Part shown: piece after piece, positions 47,050-57,669 of the stretch | How positions within the stretch are numbered: the first letter of the stretch is position 1 | Layout of the letters: every line of letters starts with the position of its first letter | DNA from: Candidatus Magasanikiibacteriota bacterium | GTDB lineage: Bacteria > Patescibacteriota > Patescibacteriia > Magasanikbacterales > GWA2-37-8 | Length of the DNA: 64,000 bases | Direction: 5' to 3' | NCBI GenBank assembly: GCA_026396515.1 | Contig: JAPLWQ010000003.1 | Span: 291,569 to 355,568 of the forward strand | Notes under the pieces: model-generated | Seen by the model: the letters and a program-made list of their open reading frames with translations, nothing else | Databases searched by the model: none | What the model was told of the DNA's origin: nothing | Translations under genes and position numbers: made by a program

Positions 47050-47790
47050 TTATTTCTTCGCGACTACAATATAATCGAGCGTCACATTCCTGCATCTAAA
47101 TATTTTATCCAGAAATAATGATAATATCTGAATCGGCGACAATATAAATACCACGATAAACAGCTTTATGATTTTGACTAAAATGTTCTTTGCCTTAAAC
47201 AGCTCAAATATATAGGCGGAAAATAACTGGCCGAAAACTCCGAAAATTCCGGTGGTTTGTGTAATTTGATCGATTTTGAAGCCGCACATTAAAAACATTT
47301 TCTCCAATCCGTATTTAGTAAACCGTAGATAGTCAAATGGTACTTCATGCTCCGGATACACGAACGGCGCAGAACAAATAATAATGCCACCGGTTTTTAA
47401 AACTCTGTACGACTCGGTTATAATCATACCCGGTTCGTCAGAATGCTCCAGAACTTGCGTGCAAAAAATAACATCAAATTTCTCATTTTCAAAAGGAAAA
47501 TTTTTCCCGTCATAGTAATAATCGGCGTTTTTAGCAAAATCGGCATGGCCCCCTCCCTTTATGTCCATCCCGACATAATTGTTGCCGATAAACAGATCTT
47601 TATACGGCTTAATTCCGCAACCGACATCGAGCACTGATTTGCCAGTGCCGATCGTCGCTATAATCATTCTAAAATTGCCATAGAGCGAACGCCGGCTGAT
47701 GAAATAAGGATTAATAAACACAGAGTACCATTTTGGCCTAAAAAAATGTTCATTTAGCATGTTTCTTTTATTTTCAGCCATAGAAGTCAT
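47050..47790 (-). CDS. Class I SAM-dependent methyltransferase
   Basis: LDVGCG.KPY, QVLEH, LK.GG, P.DY.RFT. Confidence 0.88.
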   Translation of the reverse strand: MTSMAENKRNMLNEHFFRPKWYSVFINPYFISRRSLYGNFRMIIATIGTGKSVLDVGCGIKPYKDLFIGNNYVGMDIKGGGHADFAKNADYYYDGKNFPFENEKFDVIFCTQVLEHSDEPGMIITESYRVLKTGGIIICSAPFVYPEHEVPFDYLRFTKYGLEKMFLMCGFKIDQITQTTGIFGVFGQLFSAYIFELFKAKNILVKIIKLFIVVFILSPIQILSLFLDKIFRCRNVTLDYIVVAKK

Positions 47791-48971
47791 AATAGGCTTT
47801 TATACAAATCCCTGTATGAATTAAGCATCCTATCCAAACTAAACGTATTTCTTACCCTTTCTGTTGAATTTTTACTAATATTTTCTAAATCACTAGCGTT
47901 TAAACCTAAAATGTGATTTATTCCCCGAACAAGATCTTCTTCGTCCGCATATTTAGCTATAAACCCATTCTCTAGGTGTACCGCTGCTTCGCGAACGCCG
48001 CCGACATCAAAACTGACAATGGGCAAACCGCAGGACATCGCTTCCAAAACAACTAGTGGAAAATTATCCGCTAATGAAGTATGCAGATAAACATCTGATG
48101 CCGAATAAAAAACTGGCAAATCACTTTGGCTTATCAGCCCAAAATTGCGCAAATTCGTTTCATCGGGCAGTTGCTCTTTGTTTCCAACGCATAAAAATAA
48201 CACAGAACTATTTGTTTTATACTGGTCAATAATTTTTCTGGCATATTCCCATCCTTTCCATCTGGGACTGTCTTTTCCCCCGTCCGATAGGCAAAGAACT
48301 ATCTTTTTATCCAAAGGCAAGCCCAATCTTTTTCTAGCTTTAACCTTTTCCATCGACTTAAAATGATCTATATCTATACCATTATAAATCAGATGAATTT
48401 TTTGCTTATTTAAACAGCTGCGCTCCACCCTCTTTTTAAGCCACAACGAAGGTACAACAAAGTTTATCTTAATTGAATTATAAATATTTCGTTTCCATTT
48501 TGCAATAAAATCATCACAATTAAAAAGAAAACGCTCAGGCATTTTTTTGTCATTGCACACAAAAAAACCATCCTTTACGGTATTACTCTGCCAGGTATAA
48601 ACGCAATGCGGGGTTATCGCCCATTCATCGTGCAGTGACCATACAACCGGCTTTGTACGACTAATCTGCTCCAAGTCATTCAGGTTGAAATAACGCCCGT
48701 GTAAATTATGGCAATGCACAACATCCGCTTTTTTTAGCGGCCCTGTCTGCAAAAGCCAATCCGTATTATAAAAATCACGGCCAAAAAAAATACTCAACAC
48801 CTTTCGCAATCTGCTTCTTTTTATCTCATAGATACCGCTTTCCGTCGACAATCTGTCGGCAACAAAAAAAGAATTACCCTCTCCACGGGCATCAAAATCG
48901 CGCTTTATGTCCCACGCAATCTGCGCTGCACCGCCGCGCTTATCCGTTGTATTAATCTGCATCAGATTCAT
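47787..48971 (-). CDS. Glycosyltransferase family 4 (WcaC-like)
   Basis: GGAA, H.HNLHG, WSLHDEW, PS.WL, DNFP.VVLEAMSCG. Confidence 0.88.
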   Translation of the reverse strand: MNLMQINTTDKRGGAAQIAWDIKRDFDARGEGNSFFVADRLSTESGIYEIKRSRLRKVLSIFFGRDFYNTDWLLQTGPLKKADVVHCHNLHGRYFNLNDLEQISRTKPVVWSLHDEWAITPHCVYTWQSNTVKDGFFVCNDKKMPERFLFNCDDFIAKWKRNIYNSIKINFVVPSLWLKKRVERSCLNKQKIHLIYNGIDIDHFKSMEKVKARKRLGLPLDKKIVLCLSDGGKDSPRWKGWEYARKIIDQYKTNSSVLFLCVGNKEQLPDETNLRNFGLISQSDLPVFYSASDVYLHTSLADNFPLVVLEAMSCGLPIVSFDVGGVREAAVHLENGFIAKYADEEDLVRGINHILGLNASDLENISKNSTERVRNTFSLDRMLNSYRDLYKSLL

Positions 48972-49774
48972 ATCGCGCGCTCGTTAATAGCATAAATATT
49001 CAGCTGCATATCCATACCTGAATACACGCCCCTTATAGAAAATGGCTGCCTCTGAATTGCACTGAAATTATCAATATAATAACGAAAGCCGTCCTCCTTC
49101 AAAATTAGCAGCAGTTCATCCAACTTTTGGCTTTTATCCGCGAATGAATGATATTCGATAAAAATATTTTTCACGTTTTTGAGCGCATCTTTGCACTCGC
49201 GCAACACCTCCAGTTCGGCACCCTCAATATCGATCTTCAAAAAATCCACTTTCTCATTCAAATAACCGCTCAATTTAACGGCGGGTATTAAAACGGGAGC
49301 TACTCCGCTTATTTTTTCAGCGACCCTTCCTCCGTCCGCTCTATCCGGAAAGAAATCCATTGCACCTTCCTCAGACCAAAGCGCCGAATTAACCAATTTA
49401 ATATCAGAAAAATTTTGCGAATCAATATTCTCTTTCAAAATCCTAAAAATGTTCGGATCAGGTTCAAAAGCAACGATTTTAGCCAGAGGAAATAATTTCT
49501 TAAAATATACTACACTCATGCCGATATTGGCGCCGCAATCAATTATCACGGGCGCGTTTGAACTGGCGTTGAATTTGTAAACCTGTTTTTCAAATATTTC
49601 CTTGTACATGAATACAAAAGATGCCGAATCGGCTATTTTAATTTTAAATCCAAGAAGATCTGAGGTAGTTTCTGTAAATCTGGGGAATTTATAAAGCTTC
49701 AGGATTTTACAATATTTAAATAGATATGCCGGGTTAGCAATGATCTTTCTAATATTTTTATAAGTTATAGTCAT
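48968..49774 (-). CDS. FkbM family methyltransferase
   Basis: IDCGANIG, AFEPD, KIDIEGAE, EYH. Confidence 0.9.
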   Translation of the reverse strand: MTITYKNIRKIIANPAYLFKYCKILKLYKFPRFTETTSDLLGFKIKIADSASFVFMYKEIFEKQVYKFNASSNAPVIIDCGANIGMSVVYFKKLFPLAKIVAFEPDPNIFRILKENIDSQNFSDIKLVNSALWSEEGAMDFFPDRADGGRVAEKISGVAPVLIPAVKLSGYLNEKVDFLKIDIEGAELEVLRECKDALKNVKNIFIEYHSFADKSQKLDELLLILKEDGFRYYIDNFSAIQRQPFSIRGVYSGMDMQLNIYAINERAI

Positions 49775-49775
49775 A

Positions 49776-50678
49776 TTATTTACCGATAATCATTTGAATT
49801 TTGTTTACCAATTTTGTGGCAAAGCTCGGTTCAATGCTCTTGTAGAAATTTTTCATAATTTCTCTAGCTTTGACTGATTCTTCCAAATTAATCCTACTTA
49901 ATTTTAAATCATGACTGGTGACATTAACGTCAAAAACTTTAGTATTGCTACAGTGAACACCACTGCTATCGAGTCCAATATTTCGAGTAAATGACATTTT
50001 TGGATGCAGGCACAGGCCATTTTCCAAAAAAATACTCGCCTGCCATTTGACCGCCCAAGTGTTTATTTGCCCTTTGGCGTTTGCCTTCAATGTGCTAAAA
50101 AAACTCATTCCTCCGTCTATGTTGAACTTCCATCTCTCACCACTTCCCTCAATTTCACGGCATAGATGTAGGGCGTCGTTATTATAATGCTGCCATGCCC
50201 TTTTCCATGTTGCCCAACCCCAGCAAGAAGCTTGACCATAAAAAAATGTATCCGGCAAACTGTCGGTGTCAACCGGAAAGAAATGACCGCTAATATGCAT
50301 AACTTGTTCGTCATTTTCATACATATTAAGCGCGTCATTCATATACTGTAAAAAATACGGAGAACTGACGATATCATCTTCTAGGACAATCACTTTCTCA
50401 AATTCACTCACAATCTGTGTCACCCCGCTGACGATCGATTTTGCCAATCCGAAATTCGAATCACGTTTCACGATAGATATACTTTTAAAACCATCAATCG
50501 CATCCAGATATCCTCTCACTTCTTCAACTTTGTGAACGTCAGAAGATGACCTGGGTGCATCTGAAAAAATATAAAGTTCACTATCTTTGGCAAGATCGTT
50601 TCTTTTCAGACTTTCAACCGTTTGCTTGGTGTGCCAGGGGCGATTGTAAGTAAATAGTACTATTGGCGCAAACTTCAT
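49776..50678 (-). CDS. GT-A fold glycosyltransferase
   Basis: PIVLF.YNRP.H, N.GLA.S, IVLEDD, WGWATW, NIG.D.SG. Confidence 0.85.
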   Translation of the reverse strand: MKFAPIVLFTYNRPWHTKQTVESLKRNDLAKDSELYIFSDAPRSSSDVHKVEEVRGYLDAIDGFKSISIVKRDSNFGLAKSIVSGVTQIVSEFEKVIVLEDDIVSSPYFLQYMNDALNMYENDEQVMHISGHFFPVDTDSLPDTFFYGQASCWGWATWKRAWQHYNNDALHLCREIEGSGERWKFNIDGGMSFFSTLKANAKGQINTWAVKWQASIFLENGLCLHPKMSFTRNIGLDSSGVHCSNTKVFDVNVTSHDLKLSRINLEESVKAREIMKNFYKSIEPSFATKLVNKIQMIIGK

Positions 50679-50681
50679 ACA

Positions 50682-52541
50682 CTATTTCTTAGGGGAAGCA
50701 ACCCTCTTTAAAAAACTTTGCTCCCAAAAATACGGATTAATCGACTGCCAAGCGGCTTCAGCTGCGCTAAATGTCGTTCGCGGGTCGTTAATAACGTTGG
50801 TTATCTTGGATGAGACGTCTTTCGGGTCAATGAATTTGCTGTTTAAAAAATTCCTATCATGAATTGTTTCCATGAAAAAATGCTTCAGAGGCCCGCGCAT
50901 CCAATCGACTGTGGGTGAATTGAAGCCCACTTTAGTTTTTCTATAGGCGATGTCTCTCGGCATAAATGCAGCAGTTGCGTCTCGGATGACCGACTTGGTA
51001 TAACCATTACGTATTTTTGATGTCCACGGTAAAGAAAACGCGAACGAAACAATCCGATAGTCCATAAACGGCATTCGTATCTCAACTCCGTTGATCATGC
51101 TGTATCTGTCATAATTGCGAAGCAGCGTCGGTAAAACCGTTTGGTGGCTTGAGATATACAATTTTTGCGTAAAATAATCCATTCTTTTCCACTCCGGATG
51201 GTTTTCGTCCGCATTGTGATTGTGATATCCAATTGCTTTCTTAACCAAATTCCTCGAAAATTCCTTCGCCCAAAAGATAAATTTCGGGGGCAATTTCTTG
51301 AACTGTACTCCGTCGTTTATATAGCTATCATAATATGTATCAATTACTGCCTTTGAATTCCTAAATGAAAACATTTCATCGTGCAGTATATGCAAAAAAT
51401 CGAAACTATACCCTCCAAAAAGCTCATCAGCCGCATGACCATCAAGTGTCACGACTACGCCGTTGTCTCTCATTGCTTTATATACTGCAATAAAAGGTAT
51501 CGGGCTGGTGATATAAATATCCTCAAAAAGATACAGATAATCAAATAATTTATCTACATATTTCTGCGGATCAATGGTAACGCTGCTCAATTCAACACCG
51601 ACATTTTGAGCGACCTTTCTGGCGAACATCGTTTCATCAATCGGCGTTCCGGGGAATGCGGCACTAAAAGCATTTTGCCAGTTAGCAGGCTTGCGTTCAT
51701 CACTCACATTTTTCCCGATATGAGCGACCGCTGAAAACACCGCACTCGAATCCAGACCGCCGCTCAAAGCTGTGCCAATGGGCACATCCGATCTCATTCT
51801 GATCTTGCAGGCGTCCAAAAATAAGCCTCTGAACTGCTCGACTTGATCCTCATATTTTTCAGGAACCTCCGCAAGATTGTCTAACGTATTCCAATAACGT
51901 TTGATTTCTAAATTTCCGTTTTTATATATCGCGCAATGTCCGGCTGGAAATCTCTTGATGTTTTTAATAAGACAAGCATCCGTGCTCTCATAATAGAAAA
52001 TCCGAGCATTATTATTTAATATCTCATAATTTGGTTCAACAGTATCAAGTAGCGGCGTGATCGCTTTCATTTCGGAAGCGAACACAAAGTTGCCATTAAT
52101 ATAAGCATAAAATAGCGGCTTCTTTCCAAAACGGTCACGGCTGATAAACATTTCCTCTTTATGCCTGTCCCAAATGGCAAATGCCCACATGCCATTGAAT
52201 TTGTGAAGGCATTTTTCACCCCATTCGGTATACGCGGCCAGAACAACCTCCGTGTCTGAATCACTAATAAATGTATGGCCTCTCGCTTTCAGCTCTTCCC
52301 GGATTTCAATAAAGTTGTATATCTCACCGTTTAGCGTAATCCAGTATCTGCCATTGCCAAAAGACATGGGCTGTTTTCCCCTCTCGGACAGATCAAGTAT
52401 CGCTAACCTCCGGTGCCCTAGAAACACTTCCTTTTCGGTCCAAATTCCATAACCGTCCGGACCGCGATGTGAAAGCGTGTCCAGACAATTCCTGGCCTGT
52501 TCTTCATCAATTTTTCCGATGACGCCAAATATTCCACACAT
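50682..52541 (-). CDS. asnB: Asparagine synthase-like glutamine amidotransferase, copy 2
   Basis: MCGI, HRGPD, RDRFG.KP, LSGGLDSS, DG.AADE, E.R.PF.D. Confidence 0.9.
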   Translation of the reverse strand: MCGIFGVIGKIDEEQARNCLDTLSHRGPDGYGIWTEKEVFLGHRRLAILDLSERGKQPMSFGNGRYWITLNGEIYNFIEIREELKARGHTFISDSDTEVVLAAYTEWGEKCLHKFNGMWAFAIWDRHKEEMFISRDRFGKKPLFYAYINGNFVFASEMKAITPLLDTVEPNYEILNNNARIFYYESTDACLIKNIKRFPAGHCAIYKNGNLEIKRYWNTLDNLAEVPEKYEDQVEQFRGLFLDACKIRMRSDVPIGTALSGGLDSSAVFSAVAHIGKNVSDERKPANWQNAFSAAFPGTPIDETMFARKVAQNVGVELSSVTIDPQKYVDKLFDYLYLFEDIYITSPIPFIAVYKAMRDNGVVVTLDGHAADELFGGYSFDFLHILHDEMFSFRNSKAVIDTYYDSYINDGVQFKKLPPKFIFWAKEFSRNLVKKAIGYHNHNADENHPEWKRMDYFTQKLYISSHQTVLPTLLRNYDRYSMINGVEIRMPFMDYRIVSFAFSLPWTSKIRNGYTKSVIRDATAAFMPRDIAYRKTKVGFNSPTVDWMRGPLKHFFMETIHDRNFLNSKFIDPKDVSSKITNVINDPRTTFSAAEAAWQSINPYFWEQSFLKRVASPKK

Positions 52542-52559
52542 ATAATAATCGGAGCATTA

Positions 52560-53564
52560 TTAACAATTGCTAATTATCACGCCTCGGCAAAAAAACGCCT
52601 TAATTTTCCTCAATAAATTAACAAAGTGTAAAAAGAAATCTAATAATAAATTTCTCAGGGGATTATTAAGAAAAATCATAAAATAAAGAGCGGAATTCCA
52701 AATTGATTTATATGTTTTGAGAGAATCACGAAAACATGTAACTACCGCGGGCGACCTAGTGTGTGTAAGTAAATAATAGCCGAGTTCATTATATAAGCGA
52801 AAAATATTTTTGTTCTGAATGTCATTTAAATTCTTATAAAAATAATGAATATAATCACCCCGAAGCAATCTTTGAAACAAATTATTGGTCTCGGACCTAT
52901 TAAGTTTTTTTCGCGTATGGAATCCGCTCGCAATATGGTCCCTACGTAAAACCAATACCTGGGGCAAGTAATGTACGGAATAATTGCCCAATATATTCAT
53001 GACAAACTCGACATCTTGAGTCGTGTGATTTTTCTCGTTAAAATCTCCGATTAATTCAAAGCATTTTTTATCTACCAATAATGAGCAGGCATAAATATAT
53101 GCTTTAAAATAGTATGCCGCGCCGAACAGTTCTTGTGGGCAATCCTGCTGCTTAACATCCAGGTTAATCGTCTTTTTTTGCTCGTCGATAGACCCTGTGT
53201 CGGAGAATACGATCCGCGCATCACTATTATTTCTTATATAATCAACTTGTTCTTTTGTCTTATTTGGTAAATATTTGTCATCGTGACTAAGCCATGAAAA
53301 ATAATCGCCCTCCATTTTTTTTAATCCGAGATTCAAGGCGGTAGAAACTCCGCCATTTTCCTTAAAAAAATATTTAATTTTTTCACCATATGATAGTGCA
53401 ATTTTCTCAGTTTTACCTTCATCGTTAGAGCCATCATTAACGACAATGACCTCGACATTTTCATAGGTCTGCGCGAGAGCACTATCAATAGCCTCATTTA
53501 AATAATTTAATCCATTATAGACTGGAATAATAATGGAAACTTTCGGATTATAATTTGCATTCAT
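52560..53564 (-). CDS. Glycosyltransferase family 2
   Basis: VSIIIPVYNG, VNDGS.D, NGGVS.ALN, WLSHDD, QD. Confidence 0.92.
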   Translation of the reverse strand: MNANYNPKVSIIIPVYNGLNYLNEAIDSALAQTYENVEVIVVNDGSNDEGKTEKIALSYGEKIKYFFKENGGVSTALNLGLKKMEGDYFSWLSHDDKYLPNKTKEQVDYIRNNSDARIVFSDTGSIDEQKKTINLDVKQQDCPQELFGAAYYFKAYIYACSLLVDKKCFELIGDFNEKNHTTQDVEFVMNILGNYSVHYLPQVLVLRRDHIASGFHTRKKLNRSETNNLFQRLLRGDYIHYFYKNLNDIQNKNIFRLYNELGYYLLTHTRSPAVVTCFRDSLKTYKSIWNSALYFMIFLNNPLRNLLLDFFLHFVNLLRKIKAFFCRGVIISNC

Positions 53565-53604
53565 ATTGACATTCTTCTAATTTCCCTTCATATTTTCTTT
53601 TAAC

Positions 53605-53778
53605 CTACTTAATTTTTCTAATCCAAAAACTGGCTGGCCAGTTTTTATTTTTAGCGTATAGCGCAAACGCTTTTTCTAATTTATCCGGATATTTCATGTG
53701 CATATAACTTCCCGCCCATAAGACCTCAAAACTATCATTAAATGCGAGGAATGCCTGCAATAAATACTGCTCAGTCCA
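53605..53778 (-). pseudogene. C-terminal remnant of a class I SAM methyltransferase
   Basis: Start-less frame WTEQYLLQAFLAFNDSFEVLWAGSYMHMKYPDKLEKAF...WPASFWIRKIK* resembles the C-terminus of Methyltransf_24-like proteins in glycan loci (recognised from memory). Confidence 0.6.
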
Positions 53779-53912
53779 AATAAGATGTACTAATCGCCCC
53801 CCCCTCTAATATTATCCACAATTCTCTGAAAATTTATAACTTTTCCTTTGTAATGCATAAATCCAATTAATCATTTTACTAGATGATAACCAGCTGAACG
53901 AGCAAATACCGA

Positions 53913-54986
53913 CTATTTTTGAAGCAAAAAACGTGCAATTTTTTCACTAACATTTTCAACCAAATATTCAGCCGGGGCACGCCATTGCCCTTTCGAACTT
54001 AATAGATAATCAACGCCGCGCATAATACTATCGAAGTTTGCCCCAGAAACATAGCTCGCACCCGCTTCAAGAATTTCCGGCCTTTCAGTTGCGTCTCTCA
54101 ATATCATATTTGGCACGTGAAAAATGGAACACTCTTCAGGAACGGTGCCACTGTCGCTCAAAACACATAAAGCTTTTTTCTCCAATTTAATAAAATCAAA
54201 AAAACCAAGGGGTTTTATCATCTTAATGCCAATGCCAACTTCAATTTTCCATTTTTCAAGTTGAGCTCTCGTGTGCGGATGGACGCTAAATACGATCGGA
54301 ATATTATACTTCAAATGTATTTCATTCAGGGCAGAAACAAACTCCTGAAGTTTATCCTTAAATTCGACATTTTCACTGCGGTGCAGGGTTACTAAAAAAA
54401 ACTTCTTATCTTTAACTTTGAGTTTTTGAAGAATTTTACTACCATCTATTCTTTTATCATAATATTTTAGAACTTCATAAATTGGATTGCCTGTCACAAA
54501 AATTTTTCCAGGTGCATATCCATCTAGCAACAAATTAGTACGACTTCTTTCAGTATAAGGCAACAAAACATCGCTCAGACTATCAATTATTTTTCTATTA
54601 ATTTCCTCAGGTACTATATTGTCAAAACAACGGTTGCCGGCCTCCATATGATACACACGGATCCCATGACGTTTTGCAATTAATGCTGATAGCCCACTAT
54701 TGGTATCACCCAAAATAAGAACTTTATCGGGCTTCTCCTTTTTAATTATTTTATCGCAACCCGATAATATTTTTCCTATTTGCTCAGCCGCGCCTTTTGC
54801 CCTACTAGACAACAAGTAATTGGGCTTACGAATGCCTAACTCTTTTAAAAAAACTTCATTTAATTGATAATCATAATTTTGACCTGTATGCAACAATACA
54901 TGCTCACAATGTTTGTCCAGCAGTGGAATTATCCTACTAAGCCGAATTAATTCCGGGCGAGTACCAACAATCGTAAGTATTTTCAT
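53913..54986 (-). CDS. UDP-N-acetylhexosamine 2-epimerase (FnlC/WbjD/WbvD-like)
   Basis: GTRPELI, HTGQNYD, LGDTNS, HMEAGNR, PEE.NR, DSGT..EE, TERPE. Confidence 0.92.
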   Translation of the reverse strand: MKILTIVGTRPELIRLSRIIPLLDKHCEHVLLHTGQNYDYQLNEVFLKELGIRKPNYLLSSRAKGAAEQIGKILSGCDKIIKKEKPDKVLILGDTNSGLSALIAKRHGIRVYHMEAGNRCFDNIVPEEINRKIIDSLSDVLLPYTERSRTNLLLDGYAPGKIFVTGNPIYEVLKYYDKRIDGSKILQKLKVKDKKFFLVTLHRSENVEFKDKLQEFVSALNEIHLKYNIPIVFSVHPHTRAQLEKWKIEVGIGIKMIKPLGFFDFIKLEKKALCVLSDSGTVPEECSIFHVPNMILRDATERPEILEAGASYVSGANFDSIMRGVDYLLSSKGQWRAPAEYLVENVSEKIARFLLQK

Positions 54987-54997
54987 ATTTAGTAATA

Positions 54998-56056
54998 TTA
55001 TTTCAACATTTCTCCCTCAATTATTAAACTCTGATCCACAAGTAAATTATGTTTTGACAATAAGTCCTCCAGCCCTTCTACGGACATGATGTCAGCGCTT
55101 GAGCTATACTCTTTGGCTAGGGCAGGGTCAGAAACGGGTTCAATATTCAATTCCGGCAACATGGGCTGAATAACAAAATATGAACCTCTTTTTAAGGAGC
55201 GCGTAGCCTCTTCATCGGATATTAATATCTCATGAATTTTTTCGCCCGGACGAATACCAGTGACAGTAACGCTGATGTTTCTTTTGCCGATCAAAACATT
55301 GGCGACGTCAACAATCTTTGCCGCCGGAACTATCGGAATATACGTTTCACCATTTTTTCCATGTAAAATTGCCGCAAATATAGTATCAACCGCATCCTCA
55401 AGACTTAATAAAAATCTAGTCATATCTCGCGTCGTCACAGTTACTGGACCGCCATTTCTAATTTGCTCATGAAAAAGCGGAATTACAGACCCGCGCGAAG
55501 CGAGAACATTTCCATACCTAACGCATATGAAGCGCGTTGCCGGACATTTCAAATTGCCGGAAATAAAGACCCTCTCTTGAATTGCCTTAGTCATACCCAT
55601 AACATTCACTGGTTTGCATGCCTTATCGGTTGACACCCCAACAACGACTTCGACATTAAATTTATTTATTTCAATCGCCCTAACGATATTTTCTGCGCCA
55701 GTAATATTGGTTTGAACGGCTTCATAAGGGAAGTACTCACAGGAGGGCACTTGTTTCAAGGCGGCTGCATTAATCACAATATCAACGTCCTTTAGAACTG
55801 AGCAAACTGAATAATAGTCACGTAAATCGCCTATACGAAATTCTAAAAGTTGCTTAAAGTTGTTATAAATTATTTCATCTGTAACAATAGTCTTTTTTTG
55901 ATACTCAACTCTCATCGAATGCTGCTTTGCCTCATCTCTTGAGAAAACAATTATCTTTTTTGGCAGCTCACCTTCAAGTGACAATAGCCTCTTGACCAAT
56001 ACTTTTCCTAATGAACCTGTCCCCCCTGTAATTAGAACTCGTTTGTTAGCAAACAT
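54998..56056 (-). CDS. UDP-GlcNAc 4,6-dehydratase/5-epimerase (FnlA/CapE/WbvB-like)
   Basis: TGGTGS.G, SRDE.KQ, AALKQVPSCE, STDKA, RYGNVLASRGSVIP, GIRPGEK.HE. Confidence 0.92.
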   Translation of the reverse strand: MFANKRVLITGGTGSLGKVLVKRLLSLEGELPKKIIVFSRDEAKQHSMRVEYQKKTIVTDEIIYNNFKQLLEFRIGDLRDYYSVCSVLKDVDIVINAAALKQVPSCEYFPYEAVQTNITGAENIVRAIEINKFNVEVVVGVSTDKACKPVNVMGMTKAIQERVFISGNLKCPATRFICVRYGNVLASRGSVIPLFHEQIRNGGPVTVTTRDMTRFLLSLEDAVDTIFAAILHGKNGETYIPIVPAAKIVDVANVLIGKRNISVTVTGIRPGEKIHEILISDEEATRSLKRGSYFVIQPMLPELNIEPVSDPALAKEYSSSADIMSVEGLEDLLSKHNLLVDQSLIIEGEMLK

Positions 56057-56077
56057 AAAGTTATATATTGATTAAAT

Positions 56078-56938
56078 TTAAGTGTATTGTTTCGCGTCTT
56101 CCTCAAGTTCAGTAATCATATCATCCCAAGACGGTGGAGAAAAATTTATGTATTGATTAAACAAGCTTCCATCTAAACTTCTATCACAGATCGGCTCTTC
56201 TTCAGGAATGATATCAATCCCCAACCTCATTCTATCGCTAATTTTGGATAATAATTCATATTTTGATATTCTATGTGTCGCAACCTGCCACAGCCCGGAC
56301 ATGCTGGGAAAATTCATTAGTATGTCGACAATAATTTTTGCCATACCAATAGTTGAAATACCACTAAAAAAAACGTTCTTATACCCTCTAACGGTTTTGC
56401 CGCGCATGCTTAAAAACCATTCCAAGAGACCTGTCATATTATAAAGCTCTCTGCCAATTATCGAACTCCTCAATGTTAGGCAATGGTCATAGTGTAGCTC
56501 TCCGAGAAATTTTGTTCGACCATAAAGATCTTCGGCGTCAGACTTGTCTTCGTGTTTATAGTGACCCTTTTCCCCGGAAAATACGCAATCGGTACTAAAA
56601 TGAATTACTCTGGCGTGATACTTTTTACACAGATTGGCAAGCAGATGTGGAAATAAAGCATTAATTTTAATACTGGGAATAGGGTCCTTCGATTCATCCC
56701 TATGCTTGATGATACCGATGCAATTAATCACATAATTCGGTCGAATTTTATTAATAACATCATCAAGCTGCTCAATATTATTAGCATCGACATTAGTAAA
56801 AATTTTCTCTGCGGGTATCAAATCAATAAATTGATGACTTGGCTCTCGACAAGTGCCATAAACATCAAAATTTCTACTTAAAACCTGAAATATTTTATGG
56901 CCAAGCATGCCATACGATCCAAGTACAAGAATCTTCAT
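56078..56938 (-). CDS. RmlD-like SDR reductase (WbvR/QnlB-like)
   Basis: G..GMLG, INCIG, STDCVF.G, YGRTK.LGE, SIIG.E. Confidence 0.88.
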   Translation of the reverse strand: MKILVLGSYGMLGHKIFQVLSRNFDVYGTCREPSHQFIDLIPAEKIFTNVDANNIEQLDDVINKIRPNYVINCIGIIKHRDESKDPIPSIKINALFPHLLANLCKKYHARVIHFSTDCVFSGEKGHYKHEDKSDAEDLYGRTKFLGELHYDHCLTLRSSIIGRELYNMTGLLEWFLSMRGKTVRGYKNVFFSGISTIGMAKIIVDILMNFPSMSGLWQVATHRISKYELLSKISDRMRLGIDIIPEEEPICDRSLDGSLFNQYINFSPPSWDDMITELEEDAKQYT

Positions 56939-56940
56939 AT

Positions 56941-57666
56941 TTACACTAGTTTCTTCATAATAAATCTATATAGAGGCCGTAGTATATCCTTACAAAATGC
57001 AACAACTTTTAGAAAATTATTTTTAATAATGCGTCTGATGACGCAATAAATCTTTTTCAACCGAAAAAATTTTATGCCGGTTTTATCTATAGTTTTAATG
57101 GCCCATAAATATCCCAGCGGTTTTTCAAATTTTTCTCCGTAAACGCTATGTGTGAAAAAATCCTTAGAAATATAAATATCCCAACCGTTTCCAAAGTCCT
57201 CTGGATACCAGCCGGATCTATGTTCTTGCCATCTACCTCCGCCTAGGCCCCAGATATCATTACCATCAGGATGGTGCTGCGGAACAAAACCATAAGTGGT
57301 AGTGATAACCACCTGTCTCCTGGCAATTTTTTCTGTTTGTTTGAGCAATTTTAAAGAAGTCTCCTTTTCCAAATGCTCAATAATATCAAGTAAGAACAAG
57401 GTGTCTACTGATTTTTCAGGAAATATTTTTATAGCGTCTTCCCAGCCACCATTTAATATAATAAAATTACTACAAAAATTATTTTTTAACCTTTCCTTTA
57501 AAACTTCAATATATTTTATATATGGTTCAAAACAAATATGAACCCTTGGTACAAAAACATGTTGTGGTTGGATGCCGCACCCGATATCTAAAACTACATC
57601 TGTTTTTATGACCTTTGACATTCCGATCCTCTCTAATTTTTCTTTTTTTACGTACACTACAGACAT
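56941..57666 (-). CDS. Class I SAM-dependent methyltransferase
   Basis: VLDIGCGI.P, LDIIEHLEK, Q.HRSGW. Confidence 0.8.
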   Translation of the reverse strand: MSVVYVKKEKLERIGMSKVIKTDVVLDIGCGIQPQHVFVPRVHICFEPYIKYIEVLKERLKNNFCSNFIILNGGWEDAIKIFPEKSVDTLFLLDIIEHLEKETSLKLLKQTEKIARRQVVITTTYGFVPQHHPDGNDIWGLGGGRWQEHRSGWYPEDFGNGWDIYISKDFFTHSVYGEKFEKPLGYLWAIKTIDKTGIKFFRLKKIYCVIRRIIKNNFLKVVAFCKDILRPLYRFIMKKLV

Positions 57667-57669
57667 AAA

